64,000 nt of DNA from an uncultured virus (IMG/VR IMGVR_UViG_3300049793_000365) (IMGVR_UViG_3300049793_000365); one strand, 5' to 3'. Positions 35,191-47,291 are shown, numbered from the stretch's first letter. Numbers and translations are program-made. Notes: generated by a model not told the origin, from the letters alone.

Positions 35191-36174
35191 AATATGGTAT
35201 ATATTAATCTAAGATTGTATTAATTTTTTCATCGCGTTCTTCATCTTTGGTATACTCACCAAGAAAGTCCCTTCTGAAGCTTGTGAGAAATCCCTTATAT
35301 GATTCAATTGTGTTGTCAATCTCAGCTTGTGTGTATAAAGACTGAGCAATCATTGGTGCGTAAATATCAAGAACCTGCTCTTCGGTTATATTTAAAAACT
35401 TAGCAATATCAGCAGAACCAACATAATATCTACCCTCTCTACAATTGGATATTCTAAGCTCTGGTGCTGTTGGTGTGAAGTTGGTATTGTTATCACATTT
35501 AGATTCAACACAAAGCTCAAGTTTATACTTGATACCATCACACTGAAACATCTTAGAGTCATATCCACCGATGCTTACTTTCTTGATGTAACCACCATTC
35601 CAATATACCATCTTAGCGGAAGTGGATAGTTCTTTTAGTCTCTTTATTAGTTTTTCCATTAAATTAATTTATCAAGTTGTTCACCTCTTTGCTTTGCTAA
35701 AACTTTAGCATCATATTCTGCTTTACTAACCACCATTCTTTCTTCAAATGGTGAGCGATATACTACAACAATATCACCACTACCACCAATGATAACATTA
35801 TCAAACACTAAGAAATCATCGCGGTGTTGAGGTTGTTTTATGAATGTCTTTAGTATTTCGTGGTCGAATTTCACCTTTATCTCGTAATTAATCATTTTAA
35901 TAATGCGTCTAACTTCTCTCCGCGTAGTATCTGTTTAATCGGTAGTTCTATTGTGAACAAACCTGAGCCTTTTATAGTCTCATTGAATAGAACATTTACC
36001 TCTTCTATCATTATAAACTCTTGTGATATTATGTGTAGCTTGGTACCTTTCAATTTGATTTCTATACCACGGTCAATATTGAATAGCGCACTGTCAATAT
36101 CAGTATAGGTGAATGTACCCTTTCTTTTAGTAAGGAAGTCATAAACTCTTTCTCTACGTGTTTTATTCACGTAC

Positions 36175-36206
36175 CAAATATATGGATAATAATCCGGAGA
36201 TGCAAA
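36175..36206 (-). promoter_or_regulatory. Bacteroidota-type -33/-7 promoter
   Basis: TTTG-N20-TATATTTG before the GTG at 36170; drives three tagged ORFs. Confidence 0.85.
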
Positions 36207-36599
36207 TTATAGCTCTATCTCAACCCAGAAGTCATATTCTGAATCACCACGATTAAATTCGTCATTATCTTGGTATTCAATATCAACTAAGGTATAGTTA
36301 TATTTTCTACAAAATTTATTCATTAATTCTCTGACAAATGGCTCACCATCTTTGATAATATAATTTTCAACGTAGTCGTAGAAGTCTTCATTTTCCGGGT
36401 CACATACTTCATCTGGTAAAGTTAATCCGATTGAGATGATATATCTATCATCGAAGTTTCTAACCTTACCAACGTTCTGTAGCTCTACATCAACTTTATC
36501 CTCTAATTCAAGAGAAACCTCACTTGTTAATTTATCTAAGATAGATTGGTCTATTGCTTCGTTGATACCGAATTTGTTGAAATGTTTAAGATGTTTCAT
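36207..36599 (-). CDS. N-tagged protein, family B
   Basis: MKHLKHFNKFGINE; KFCRKYNY; TAATATATA at 36604-36612. Confidence 0.7.
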   Translation of the reverse strand: MKHLKHFNKFGINEAIDQSILDKLTSEVSLELEDKVDVELQNVGKVRNFDDRYIISIGLTLPDEVCDPENEDFYDYVENYIIKDGEPFVRELMNKFCRKYNYTLVDIEYQDNDEFNRGDSEYDFWVEIEL

Positions 36600-36645
36600 A
36601 GGGTATATATTAAAACTACCCGCATATTTCTGATATAATTAGATA

Positions 36646-37164
36646 GTGGCTAGACTTTTATGTAATATAAGCGGTACAAATGAATACACCGATATAAAGA
36701 ATTTTCTTCTTTCTATCCAATTCGCTAATGAAGTTAATTCATCCTATGCACCCAATCGCTTAGAAAAGTGGTTCGGATATGCTTCCAACTTAAAGTCTGT
36801 AAAAGATAGTCACGAACTTCAAGTAACAGATACTATCCCTTCTGTATTTCAGTCATTACATGACCGATGGTTTATAGAATCTGATTCACTATTATGTTGC
36901 TATGGGTTTAAACCTTATTCAAACACGTCTATTGATTGGCATCGAGACCACTCTTGCTTTCACGATAAAGCAGTGATGATAAATTTTGGTGAAGCTGTCT
37001 ATACAGAAGGATATAACTCCGAAACAATACTTCACTTGAAAGATGGTGATGTAGTTGAATTAAATACCAAAACTATACATAAAGCAGAGCAGAGAAGTCA
37101 AACCAGAATCAATGCCACATTTAGAAAAGTTAAAAATGAGTATATAAACTCTTTGTTATTTTAG
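36646..37164 (+). CDS. 2OG-Fe(II) oxygenase, AlkB-like
   Basis: IDWHRD (HxD), distal H (TIHKA), RINATFR. Confidence 0.8.
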   Translation: MARLLCNISGTNEYTDIKNFLLSIQFANEVNSSYAPNRLEKWFGYASNLKSVKDSHELQVTDTIPSVFQSLHDRWFIESDSLLCCYGFKPYSNTSIDWHRDHSCFHDKAVMINFGEAVYTEGYNSETILHLKDGDVVELNTKTIHKAEQRSQTRINATFRKVKNEYINSLLF

Positions 37165-37177
37165 TAATACAATACTG

Positions 37178-37462
37178 ATGAATCTTATTAAGTCAATAAC
37201 TCCTTTACAAACCAAACGATTCAAATCCTGGTTGATTAAGTATATCACTAATAATCCTGACGTAGCTTACGGTAGTATATGGCGTGATGTGTGTATTTTA
37301 TGTAGAATAAAAGTTATGTACAAAGATGTTTATATGAATAAAGCATTGGATGAATTGGTATCAGATGGATCTGTTACAATTACTAAGAGGAATAATGATA
37401 CGTTCTATAATCTTGGTAAAGAATACGAGCGTGAAAATAAACTTAAAGCCATACTTAAATGA
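37178..37462 (+). CDS. winged-helix-like protein with C-terminal tag
   Basis: KALDELVSDGSV...FYNL; ERENKLKAIL. Confidence 0.55.
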   Translation: MNLIKSITPLQTKRFKSWLIKYITNNPDVAYGSIWRDVCILCRIKVMYKDVYMNKALDELVSDGSVTITKRNNDTFYNLGKEYERENKLKAILK

Positions 37463-38052
37463 TACCAATTGATATTCAACTCAAAGCGTTATTGTACCCG
37501 ATAACCGATTATAAAAAGAAATATGATTGTTCAACAACCATCAACGTATCTAAGGGTGAGATTGACAAGCCAAATATGAGTCGCTTCCCGGAAGATACAT
37601 TCATTGGTAGAACATTTCTCGGTAGTGATTATGTCGATGGTGTAGAAGTATCTGATTACATAAAGGTTTATTTAGGTAAAGGATATTTTAAATGTATATC
37701 AAGAGTAATGACTGATAGATATTTAAATAGCACAGAATATCAAGCAAGTATAAGAGAGTCAAAAATAGACCAGATATTTAAATGAGTGTTGATTTGTTTA
37801 TAAGAGTAGGTGAGAGACGCAATAAGAATGCTATTATTGCCCAATTAGTATTGAAACATGGGTATGAATATTCAGACTTCAATACATCAGAGGATGATTG
37901 TAATTTCATATCTGTTGATAGGACTGATAAAGTATTTAACTTCTATCACTTTGAACCATCATATGCTCCTATAATAAGCCATACTGAATTCTATAAGAAT
38001 GGTCCATATACTATGGGTGAGTTACGCAATTTAAAAATAGAAAGCATACTCT

Positions 38053-38457
38053 GTGTCAGATAAGAAGATAACAAAAAGAGGTGATTTGTTTTACTACATC
38101 GAGGTGTGGGATAGACAAGATTTACGCGACCACTCAATAAATATCATTGTAGGTGAAGAACCGACAAATACAACATATGTAAACGGTACTCAGGTTCAAT
38201 TACATAAGACTGATATTATATACGCTGCTTTATTCTGGAAGAGAAAAGTATCAGCGACATTCAGAGTAAGTCAATTACTAAAGAGACCAAAAAATAAGAA
38301 TCTAAAATTCATTGTAAAAGAAATGAGTAGAGAAGAATTTATAGAAACTATACCGGATGAATCCAAATTAAAAAGTACTGATTTATTGTATTGGAATATA
38401 AACCGCTCCTTACGAAAGAAAGAGCTGGAGTACTTGGAAAAACTGAAAAAGAACTAA
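38053..38457 (+). CDS. family D protein with internal tag
   Basis: paralog of 28515; LRDHSINIIVG. Confidence 0.7.
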   Translation: MSDKKITKRGDLFYYIEVWDRQDLRDHSINIIVGEEPTNTTYVNGTQVQLHKTDIIYAALFWKRKVSATFRVSQLLKRPKNKNLKFIVKEMSREEFIETIPDESKLKSTDLLYWNINRSLRKKELEYLEKLKKN

Positions 38458-39012
38458 AAAAATTTTTGCAACGAGGCCGGCGAAACTATGCGAATAGATT
38501 TGAATATAACTAAAAATAATTAACAATATGCTATACTTTAAAGACAATGATGGGAAAGAAATAAAATGGTCTGAAATGAAGACCAGTAGAAAAATAGCAA
38601 GTATATCAGTTTTGATTGTGATTATAACAGTATTTATATCTTTGGTTTGGTTCGCCTTGCACGGATTGATATTAATGCTAACTGGTGAGTTCATAAAAGG
38701 TCTTTCTATATTTGTTGTTCTGTTCTGTTTATATAAGCTTTCTAAGCATCCAAAATCACCTATCAAAATATCATCCTCATCAGAAGAAGAATAATGGAAA
38801 CGGGAGAAATAATAAAATCAGCACTATTTAACACACCGCGCTACTGGGCTATACAGTGTGATAACACAGATTTACCTGGTAATAGAAACGGTGTCTTGCC
38901 AATTGACCCACTATCAACTGGTAGAATAGAAATGGGTAGACGTGTTGAATTTGAGGTAGTTGAAATTGGTAATGATGAGTCTATGAAGTACTACGCTCGT
39001 ATTACTAATTGA

Positions 39013-39044
39013 TTTGGTTATTCGGATTTTTGTCCGTATATTTA
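39013..39044 (+). promoter_or_regulatory. Bacteroidota-type -33/-7 promoter
   Basis: TTTG-N20-TATATTTA; ATG at 39049. Confidence 0.8.
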
Positions 39045-40131
39045 TAGTATGATATTATTTCTTATTCTATTCGTATCTATACTTGTGTCTGCCTTTTGTA
39101 TTTCTTCATTTGTTTTGGATATTAGAGACAGAAAGATTAGACTTAAAAAGTTTCACGAAAATGGTGATATAAATGGACTCACCATAGAAGATGTCATTAA
39201 TAATGCTGTGATAAATAAGTGTGTAACAGATCCAGAGGAATATAAGAAATTTCTAAAGACGCTCGACTCTAAGAATGTACAGCAAAAACGAGAAGAGAAA
39301 ATAGATAAGCTATTTGAAAGTTAAATATAGCTTAGGATTCAGAGCCAAAGCCATACAACTAATACTTCCATTTTTGCTTTCAACATAATCATGTCCATTA
39401 AGAATACAATACATCTTAATATTACGATTCAAAGCCTTTATCCTCAAATCGATTAGTGAACTACTGAGTATAGACTGCTTCACACCGATTATGGTTTGTG
39501 TTATAAGAACATCGCGTATTTCCCCACCATTATATGCGTATGATAACTTAATATGTGGTGCCATAACGAACTTACCATTGTGATATATGTGATGTGTTAT
39601 TGGGCTTAAGTAGACATCAAGATTTTCATATGAGAATAGAAAGCCACCGTTATTCGTGGTGAATCCTAAATCTCTCAATAGATTTTGTGAATCAATAAAA
39701 TCTTGCCGTATGTTTGTTTTCATTAAACCAAAATATCCAAATTATTTTGCCTCAAGATATACTTATTATAAGGATTACCAGCATTGCGATATACATCACT
39801 ATTTTTATTCGGTTGTGATATCATATTTTTTTCAACTAGAACTTTGAGACAGTGGTTTCTCTGATTATAGCTAACTGCTGATACTTTTGCTTCACTCTTA
39901 ATCTGAAAGTCTTGCCACAAATCAAGGTACGCATCGAATGGAAAATAGCCGTAATTATTTTGAAATGCATTTAGTTTCTCTTCATCAATGGCAAAGAATG
40001 CTAACATAAATCCAACACCATAGCAATCCATACTAATATCCGTAGCATCACAGAAAGATATTACTTCTTCTGTTAGATATGGCTCAATGGTGAATTTATA
40101 ACCCCAACCAAATATATCTTTGTTTTTCATA

Positions 40132-40428
40132 TCAATTCAATAAATCGTTTATTTTATCATCACGCAATGTAGACACATCAGCGAAGAATCTATTAAATTC
40201 ATCTGGTAACATTGTGTAATTGCCGCTATTTGGTGTTGATATTACATACTTATTGAGTTCCTGACTATATAAATAGTCATATAATTTAGACTCTAAGAAT
40301 ATAGGTCGTCTTGCTATCGTAGATAATACCTTAACATCCCTCGCCCAACCAATACTTGATTTAGTAACATCAAAGAGGCACTTACATTTCTGCTTAACAA
40401 TAACAAAGTTTTCTTCTTTATTTTCCAT
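40132..40428 (-). CDS. SH3-like family C protein with C-terminal tag
   Basis: KCKCLFD...YDY...FNRFF...LRDDKINDLL. Confidence 0.65.
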   Translation of the reverse strand: MENKEENFVIVKQKCKCLFDVTKSSIGWARDVKVLSTIARRPIFLESKLYDYLYSQELNKYVISTPNSGNYTMLPDEFNRFFADVSTLRDDKINDLLN

Positions 40429-40691
40429 TCAGTAGTTTACTTAGTGCTTCGTTTCTTTTTTCGATATCGAAGAAGTTGCTCATTGAAATAGGCGCTTCTT
40501 CACCATCTTTTAAATTTCTCAATATTTCATCGTGTTCGTATTTAACAGATGCAAGCGCACCAGTTAAAAACTTAAGCGGAACCATTTCAACATTCTTCAT
40601 AAGTGATATCAATGAAGCAGAGTTGTCCCACTTGTTCAGGTATGATAAGTAGTCACTTACTATCTGTCTATCTGATTCAGTTACGTTCATA

Positions 40692-41699
40692 TTATTTTTC
40701 GCTATCGTAAAACTTATTGATAATTTTGAAAGACCCATTTTTGTGCTTAACAACAGCACCTTCAAATTTAACTTCTTTACCTTCGAACATAACACGCTTA
40801 ACACCCTTTGAGTATTTTTCAATTACCTCAGGTGTAACCAATACGTCTCTTTCGATAACTGGAACTGTTTCAATTCCCAATTGATTACATAGGTCTAAGA
40901 AATATAGAGTGCTTCCCTTTGTCTCATACTTACGCTCTGTGATGTTATAGACATTGAAACAAGCAAAAGACTTATCTTTCTTGTTGTGTGGGTTATTACC
41001 ACCTTGGCTGATTCCGGTACCGTATACCTCACCGCGTAAAGCAAGACTCACTTTATTTTCTTTACAAAAGGCAACAAATGGATCACGTACCTTACCAACT
41101 TGTTGTGTATATACGTTATTGTGATTTATGTCAAACTCAAGACTACGACCACATACTCCGAACTTATCGTTCAAATGGTCATAGTAATATGTCGCACTCT
41201 TACCATCAATCTTAAGAGTGATGTCAGCAACAACACCAAGTGGTAATTGTTCTTCTGAAAGATTTTCAAAACGGTCTTCACCAGTTTCTCTCATAAATAA
41301 TGGGAGAATAGAAGAAATTGCACCAGGTTCTTCTGGTTCTGGAGCAGTGAATTTAGTGACACCAATGTTATGAGATACCTCAGCACCAGAAACCATATCA
41401 ACTTTGATTAAATCTATTACATCATTTAGTGGAATGATAAGACCTTCTGACCATTCTCCGCGAATCTGAATAGCTTTAACTCGCACACCAACATACTTAC
41501 GGAAAGAATCCGCCCAGATATACACTGAGTCAGCAGATGGTAGGCAAGTATCTGGTTGTATGAACACAACCGTATCACCCTTTTTTAAAATATCCTTTTG
41601 TACAACGCACTGGAAACCAAGTACGGTAACGAGTTCAAGTCTCTCTGCGTTTGGATGAGGAAAGACATTATCAATTGTTTCTATTGTAGCTAATTTCAT
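40692..41699 (-). CDS. RNA ligase, DRB0094 family (N-terminal OB domain)
   Basis: HPNAERLE OB domain; KIDG (motif I), LRGEVYG, FNVY, EGAV, FKIIN; start reassigned to MKLATIE. Confidence 0.9.
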   Translation of the reverse strand: MKLATIETIDNVFPHPNAERLELVTVLGFQCVVQKDILKKGDTVVFIQPDTCLPSADSVYIWADSFRKYVGVRVKAIQIRGEWSEGLIIPLNDVIDLIKVDMVSGAEVSHNIGVTKFTAPEPEEPGAISSILPLFMRETGEDRFENLSEEQLPLGVVADITLKIDGKSATYYYDHLNDKFGVCGRSLEFDINHNNVYTQQVGKVRDPFVAFCKENKVSLALRGEVYGTGISQGGNNPHNKKDKSFACFNVYNITERKYETKGSTLYFLDLCNQLGIETVPVIERDVLVTPEVIEKYSKGVKRVMFEGKEVKFEGAVVKHKNGSFKIINKFYDSEK

Positions 41700-41704
41700 A
41701 TCTA

Positions 41705-41736
41705 CAAATATATGGATAATAATCCGGATTTGCAAA
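41705..41736 (-). promoter_or_regulatory. Bacteroidota-type -33/-7 promoter
   Basis: TTTG-N20-TATATTTG; back-to-back with TAATATATA at 41744-41752. Confidence 0.85.
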
Positions 41737-41756
41737 TGGATTCTAATATATAGTTA

Positions 41757-42236
41757 ATGAAGCATTTAAGAACTTTTGAGTCACATATCAACAGCGACAA
41801 TATCAAGGCTTGTGTCCAAGAATTAGTGGATGATTATTCATTAGTCGAGCATGATAATAAAGACAGAGTAGCATATTTATATAATGGTTCACCGAGTAGA
41901 ATTGGTGAGATTAACATGGTTATAGACCATAAATTATTATCCACTTTAAAAAACTGTGTTAAAAAACTAATAGCTCTTGATAATACATTCACCATTAAGA
42001 TTACGGTAGCGGCAGCTTTATTCATTGATGATAATATGGAAGATGTTGAATATGACTCTGTTAATTTCATCTGTAACGGAATGGACATAGAAGAAGCTAT
42101 TCTATCAAAAGCCGAGGAATGTTATGGTATAATTTACGCAAATGCTTTTGCTGGTGATTCGAATGCTAGTAGTCTGAGAGACAAGGTTGTACGTTATATT
42201 GATGAGATGGACATCCAGGTTATGAAAGATAAATAG
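41757..42236 (+). CDS. N-tagged protein, family A
   Basis: MKHLRTFESH; ACVQELVDDYSL. Confidence 0.7.
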   Translation: MKHLRTFESHINSDNIKACVQELVDDYSLVEHDNKDRVAYLYNGSPSRIGEINMVIDHKLLSTLKNCVKKLIALDNTFTIKITVAAALFIDDNMEDVEYDSVNFICNGMDIEEAILSKAEECYGIIYANAFAGDSNASSLRDKVVRYIDEMDIQVMKDK

Positions 42237-42649
42237 TCTAAAATACTCAACTTATCGATAAAAGGGGCATATACGTAGAAATTATACTATGAACCCCACT
42301 CAATTGATGACATATCTTAAGAGTCTTGGATTTCACCACAACTCATATACTCTATCACTGGAGTATCATTCTTTTCATTATGTTTTTGAGGTAGATAATA
42401 AGAAATTGAATAATGTTGTTATCTCTATTTGTAGAGATGAGAATGGTAAATATCGTCAGCAGTTCGGTAGAGAATATGATATATTCAATGTTAAGTATCT
42501 ATCCGATAATAAGAATATGTTATTCGACGGTGATGCTAATGCTGTATATAAGTTTATAACTCAATATAAAATAGGTAATTTTGATGCTCTTCGTGATATT
42601 AAATTAAATCAAGTTTTGGATTCTTAAATATTATCCATAATTTTATGCG

Positions 42650-42826
42650 ATGGAATTAAGTCAAGAGGCAAAAAACCAAATATTAATGTTAGATCCAGGT
42701 GCTACATTTAGTGGTAGTGTCGTTTATACTAAGCTTGATTACGTTGTATTATGTGATATATTCGAATCATGTGGTGAATCAAAAGAAGAACAAAGAGATA
42801 GATTAATCGATAAAATTTTAAACTAA
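42650..42826 (+). CDS. small tagged ORF (58 aa), not in the ORF track
   Basis: MELSQEAKNQ...QRDRLIDKILN; stop overlaps the next ATG. Confidence 0.65.
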   Translation: MELSQEAKNQILMLDPGATFSGSVVYTKLDYVVLCDIFESCGESKEEQRDRLIDKILN

Positions 42827-43382
42827 TGGGATATAGAACCTACATCGCGCCAATGCCGCGCTCTGAATATGAAATGATGAAAGATTTCACAAAGGATGAA
42901 TTACTTAAATATAAAAATGCGGAGGAAGATGGTTATGTTGGTGTCTATAATATAACACAAAAAGCAATTTATGAGTTTGGTAAATATACTGAATTCGATG
43001 ATAGTAAATTTTTTAAGCCATTCTTTACCAATAAAGACTTACAGGATGACTTCACATCTGAACAAGACTTCTGGGTTGTAGAGAAGGATTACCTTCGTCA
43101 TATAATTGAGTTTTATAAAAAATTGGTTCAAGATTTCTATACTGAACTTTTATCAGGTATTACACATAATAACTCTGCTCAAATTTACAGCGTTAAATCA
43201 CAGGAGTTATACAATCATGTTAGAAGTAATGCTACCGAGTGGTTACAATTATCACCGTTTGATTTGGATAAAGGTGATGCTGTAACAACAAGCTGGAAAT
43301 ATGAATATTCAATATTCGAATTAGTTCGCATTTATAAAAGTTTTGATTGGGAAAATAACGTAATGGTTTACTACGGGTATTA

Positions 43383-43709
43383 ATGGATGCTACTATATTT
43401 TATAATGAGATAAAGCGTTCATTGAACGATGGTGCTATTACGGGTGATGCTTGTAAGGGTATCATAGAAATGACTAAAGGTAATCTTAAATCATTAAGAA
43501 TTGATGGTGATATGTATGATGATATTGTGTTTCATTCATTACATAACTGTATTAAATATTATACAAAGTATAGAGATTGTGGCAATGCGATGAAGTGTAA
43601 AATGTACTTCAATACAATCATTAAACAATCAATCGTTGAATGTATATCACCTATTTCTCAGAAACAACTAAGAAGAGAGAAAAAATTAGAAGAGTTATTA
43701 GAATTATGA
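43383..43709 (+). CDS. gp55-like (sigma region 2) protein with C-terminal tag
   Basis: YDDIVFHSLHNCIKYYTKY...KMYFNTIIKQS resembles the D.I....NC..Y...F....YFT.I pattern of T4-like late sigma factors; RREKKLEELL. Confidence 0.55.
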   Translation: MDATIFYNEIKRSLNDGAITGDACKGIIEMTKGNLKSLRIDGDMYDDIVFHSLHNCIKYYTKYRDCGNAMKCKMYFNTIIKQSIVECISPISQKQLRREKKLEELLEL

Positions 43710-44563
43710 GGAACGTATTAACAGCAGAGAATATCACATCAGGTATGACAGTCTATGATAGTGATGGAAATAAAGGAATTGTTAGAGATTGTAAAGACTT
43801 ACACAATGTTCATGTCACATTTGATGGTACTGGAATAACCATAGATTGGTATGAAACTCCAATCGAATGTAGTGGTAGTGGCTTATATTGTTTTATTGAA
43901 AATTGTGATGATAATAGTGAGAAATCAGATATTCTCTATTATTAATCTACTATGACTAATTCGTTTACATCTTTGTTGGTCTTTTTAGCATATTTTCTAA
44001 AGCCCGCTATAAAGCCATCAATATAAGCTTTGATGTAATCAACGTCAAATCCCTTTTCAGATAGACAACCATCAAATAGTTCTCTTGGATTCTCACCTGC
44101 TTTGAAGCCAGATTCAAACCCACTTGAAAGTTCGCTGTTTTTCATAAAATAAATATACGGTGAACTTTTGACATGGCCAAATAGAATCCACTATTTATTT
44201 GGAATAGGCTCTATAACGAATCCCAATGCTTTAGAACGCTCTATACTTCTCGACTCTAACTCAGAGTCAATAAACTGTTCATTGCGCTTAAAACGCTCTA
44301 TTCTCTCTTGGTCAGAACCAGCAATCTCATAAAGAATACCTTCTTTGTCTTCTCGGTAATCCCATATACCACCAATTGTTTCTACATCATTATCACTTAC
44401 AATTTCAAGTGCTAACCCAAGTGGGTGAAGAAATCTACGGTTTAGTTCTTGTAGATAGCCCTTCTCTCTGAATTCTTTAATGTCAATTCTTTTAATATCC
44501 ATTTGTAGAATGTTATTTTTTAGTTATACTTGTTTTTAGACTGGTTGTTTAATATATACTGTA

Positions 44564-44971
44564 ATGAAACATCTTAAAAAATTCGAAAATATTGAAGATT
44601 TAATGGGTCTCCCTAAAGAAGATAGGAATGAGATATTCATTAATAATTTAAAATCTCACTTTGTTGAAATTGAAGATACATTCGATGTTTCAATTCATTT
44701 CTTTATGTCAACAGTATCAGTAGAATTTAATGATGAGTGGGGTTATAAGGAATATTCTCTAAAGGGTGCTACTGATTGGCCAAACGAATTTAAACCACCA
44801 CTTGATGATGCTATCAATAGATACACCGAGTTTATTAAATTATTGGAAGCAACAAAGAAAGTACTTCGTAAATTGGAACTTTCTGGGCTTTATGGTAGAA
44901 TATCTACGATAAATAGAAAGTCAGATGCTCCACCAGATGGTGTGAAAATTCATTTAAAAAGAGAAGAATAA
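44564..44971 (+). CDS. N-tagged protein
   Basis: MKHLKKFEN; TAATATATA at 44550-44558. Confidence 0.7.
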   Translation: MKHLKKFENIEDLMGLPKEDRNEIFINNLKSHFVEIEDTFDVSIHFFMSTVSVEFNDEWGYKEYSLKGATDWPNEFKPPLDDAINRYTEFIKLLEATKKVLRKLELSGLYGRISTINRKSDAPPDGVKIHLKREE

Positions 44972-45427
44972 ATGAAATACTTAAAATTATTTGAAAGCTT
45001 TACAAGTGACATCGATTCATGTATGACAACATTAATCGATGAATATTCATTTGATAAGATTACAGCACGACGAGGTAATAAAATCATTGATATGTGCTAT
45101 TATCGCACAGCAGAGTCTATTAAAGTGTCTTTAACCACTGAACTTATTAGTGAGATAATACTTCTTAATAAGAAAGCCATAGCACAAGGAAGAAAAGCAT
45201 TCATATCAATGGAAGAAGAATATGAAAATTCAATGGAATACTGCTATTTTGGTGGATGTAGAAAGATAGAAGACTGTATATCAAATGGTGATGTTTCAAA
45301 AGATTCTGACTTCATAATCCCAGGTCACGGTGATTTCTTCGACCTTGACGAGGTTTTAACACCAAATGGTGGTGATTTAAATAACTTCATAGGGTCTTCG
45401 GTTATTATTGAGTTACTGATTGTTTAA
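44972..45427 (+). CDS. N-tagged protein, family A
   Basis: MKYLKLFESF; SCMTTLIDEYSF. Confidence 0.7.
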   Translation: MKYLKLFESFTSDIDSCMTTLIDEYSFDKITARRGNKIIDMCYYRTAESIKVSLTTELISEIILLNKKAIAQGRKAFISMEEEYENSMEYCYFGGCRKIEDCISNGDVSKDSDFIIPGHGDFFDLDEVLTPNGGDLNNFIGSSVIIELLIV

Positions 45428-45872
45428 TCTCTTCATAGAAGACACAAACCGTAGCTTTACTTCTGTGTAAGCTTATTATAACATCTTTCAATTTAAGTTC
45501 ATATTTTCTACCAATTTTGGAAAACATCTCTTTATTCATATCAAGAAGTGTATTATACAAAGCTTCAAACGCATCATCACTTTCATCCTTAGCCTTTATT
45601 CTAATCAAAGCATCGTCTTCATCTTTGACTTTTTTAAAGTATTCTCGTGTATTATAGCAATTGTCAAATAGCTCTAACATATATGGCTCGTGGAATTCTT
45701 CATCCAAAGAAACTGTGATATCTTCATAATGCGTTCTATCAGGATCTCCGTTTTGTATATGTACATTACTAAATTCTATATTCTTATGGTATTCGAACTC
45801 AATGTGAAGTGATTTCAGTATTTCATCAGTACTGGCATTTTCGAATAATTTATATGATTTAATATATCTCAT
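45405..45872 (-). CDS. N-tagged protein, family B-like
   Basis: MRYIKSYKLFE; KIGRKYEL; TAATATATA at 45877-45885. Confidence 0.7.
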   Translation of the reverse strand: MRYIKSYKLFENASTDEILKSLHIEFEYHKNIEFSNVHIQNGDPDRTHYEDITVSLDEEFHEPYMLELFDNCYNTREYFKKVKDEDDALIRIKAKDESDDAFEALYNTLLDMNKEMFSKIGRKYELKLKDVIISLHRSKATVCVFYEEIKQSVTQ

Positions 45873-46169
45873 TTACTATATATTAATCTCAACTTATATA
45901 CAACATCATGATATATTTTCGTATGGGACTAATTACTGATATACTCAAAGAGCTTATACATAAATACAAGGAAGATTGTGGTCAAAATTACCATATAGAA
46001 ACCATCACAGAATACGATGAATACTACGAATTTTCATTATCATATGAGAAAGATGATAGTGGTTTAATGATGGAAGAACACGTAACTATTCCTAAAGATA
46101 CGATAATGGAGATATACCGGGATAGGGCAATCGGTAATATTTTAGATGATTGTAATTAATATATAGTTA

Positions 46170-46373
46170 ATGAAAAACTTAAAATCAATTAAGGAACATT
46201 TTGGTAATACTGATATTATCAGAAGTGAATCTGAAATAAACGAATTACTCGATAAGGTTTCAGAAGGTAGAAATCACGGTTCTAAATTCGCTGGAATGTC
46301 ATATGAAGATGGTATACAAGCGATGTATGATTGGTTGGTCGGTAATGTAGATGAAAATCCAATGGAAGACTAA
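46170..46373 (+). CDS. N-tagged small protein
   Basis: MKNLKSIKEHF; TAATATATA at 46157-46165. Confidence 0.7.
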   Translation: MKNLKSIKEHFGNTDIIRSESEINELLDKVSEGRNHGSKFAGMSYEDGIQAMYDWLVGNVDENPMED

Positions 46374-46876
46374 TGAAACACTTAAAATTATTCGAAGAAT
46401 ATGGTGCTGACATCTTCAATGCTGAAGATTTAAAGTATATGTTACATAAATATCTTGATGAAGATATTATTGGTGAAATAACAGTTATGGAAGTAGCCGC
46501 CTTCATTGAAGAAGATGAATATATGTATTGCGTAAACTTACCAGATGATATTTGTGGAGATTTTGGTGATACTACTTTTCACACAGATGGAAATGCTAAG
46601 ATGTTATGGCACGAAGAACGCGAACCAGAAGGTGATAGTGAAATAAAAGCTTTCGTTTTAGAATTTAAAATGCCAAATAATACGAATAAATTCTCATATG
46701 ATAACAACACATTACGTAGTGAATTAGAAAGCAAATATGATATCTTAACAGACTTTGGTTCTTGTTCAGATGATGATGCACCAGGCGCACCAATCGTAGA
46801 TGAGCCAACTGTTCAGCTATTCTGTGTTAGGCGCAATGATTTAGTTAAGTTGATGCATAACTATCTGGGAGAATAA
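46373..46876 (+). CDS. N-tagged acidic protein
   Basis: MKHLKLFEEY. Confidence 0.7.
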   Translation: MKHLKLFEEYGADIFNAEDLKYMLHKYLDEDIIGEITVMEVAAFIEEDEYMYCVNLPDDICGDFGDTTFHTDGNAKMLWHEEREPEGDSEIKAFVLEFKMPNNTNKFSYDNNTLRSELESKYDILTDFGSCSDDDAPGAPIVDEPTVQLFCVRRNDLVKLMHNYLGE

Positions 46877-47231
46877 TTAGAATGCTGAAACTAATTGTTT
46901 TAGTTGACTATCTCTTTTGTGAATAGTGTAAAGCTCAAGTAAAATATCCTGAACCTCTTTGCTGTTGTTAGAATAGTTAATTCTATCATCAACTCGAACA
47001 TTCACATGACCCTGTATGAAGTTTGTATAGGTACCAACCGAACCTCTTTCTAAAGTTTCAATAGTACACATATCATTCTCACGAGTAGTTGAAACGTTGA
47101 ATTGGTCTCTTTCTTTTTTATAATTAACGATATTACCTTTTAGGGTTTTCTCTATTTCGATAGCTATCATTTCTTTGTTTTTAGTAACAAAGTCAAAGAT
47201 ACCGTGTATTTGAATTATTGGTGACATATTA

Positions 47232-47263
47232 CAAATATAAGGATATTATTCCATATACGCAAA
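47232..47263 (-). promoter_or_regulatory. Bacteroidota-type -33/-7 promoter
   Basis: TTTG-N20-TATATTTG before the ATG at 47227. Confidence 0.85.
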
Positions 47264-47291
47264 TTTGAATAATATCCTTAATATATACTAC

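Noticed and set aside
41700..41735. Apparent shared N-terminal peptide YPYIY / IHIFV / IRTF in several ORF-track proteins
   Set aside because: This is an artefact of translating through the conserved -7 promoter. The true starts are downstream (5259, 7100, 20730, 41699, 54514, 56743, 61243).
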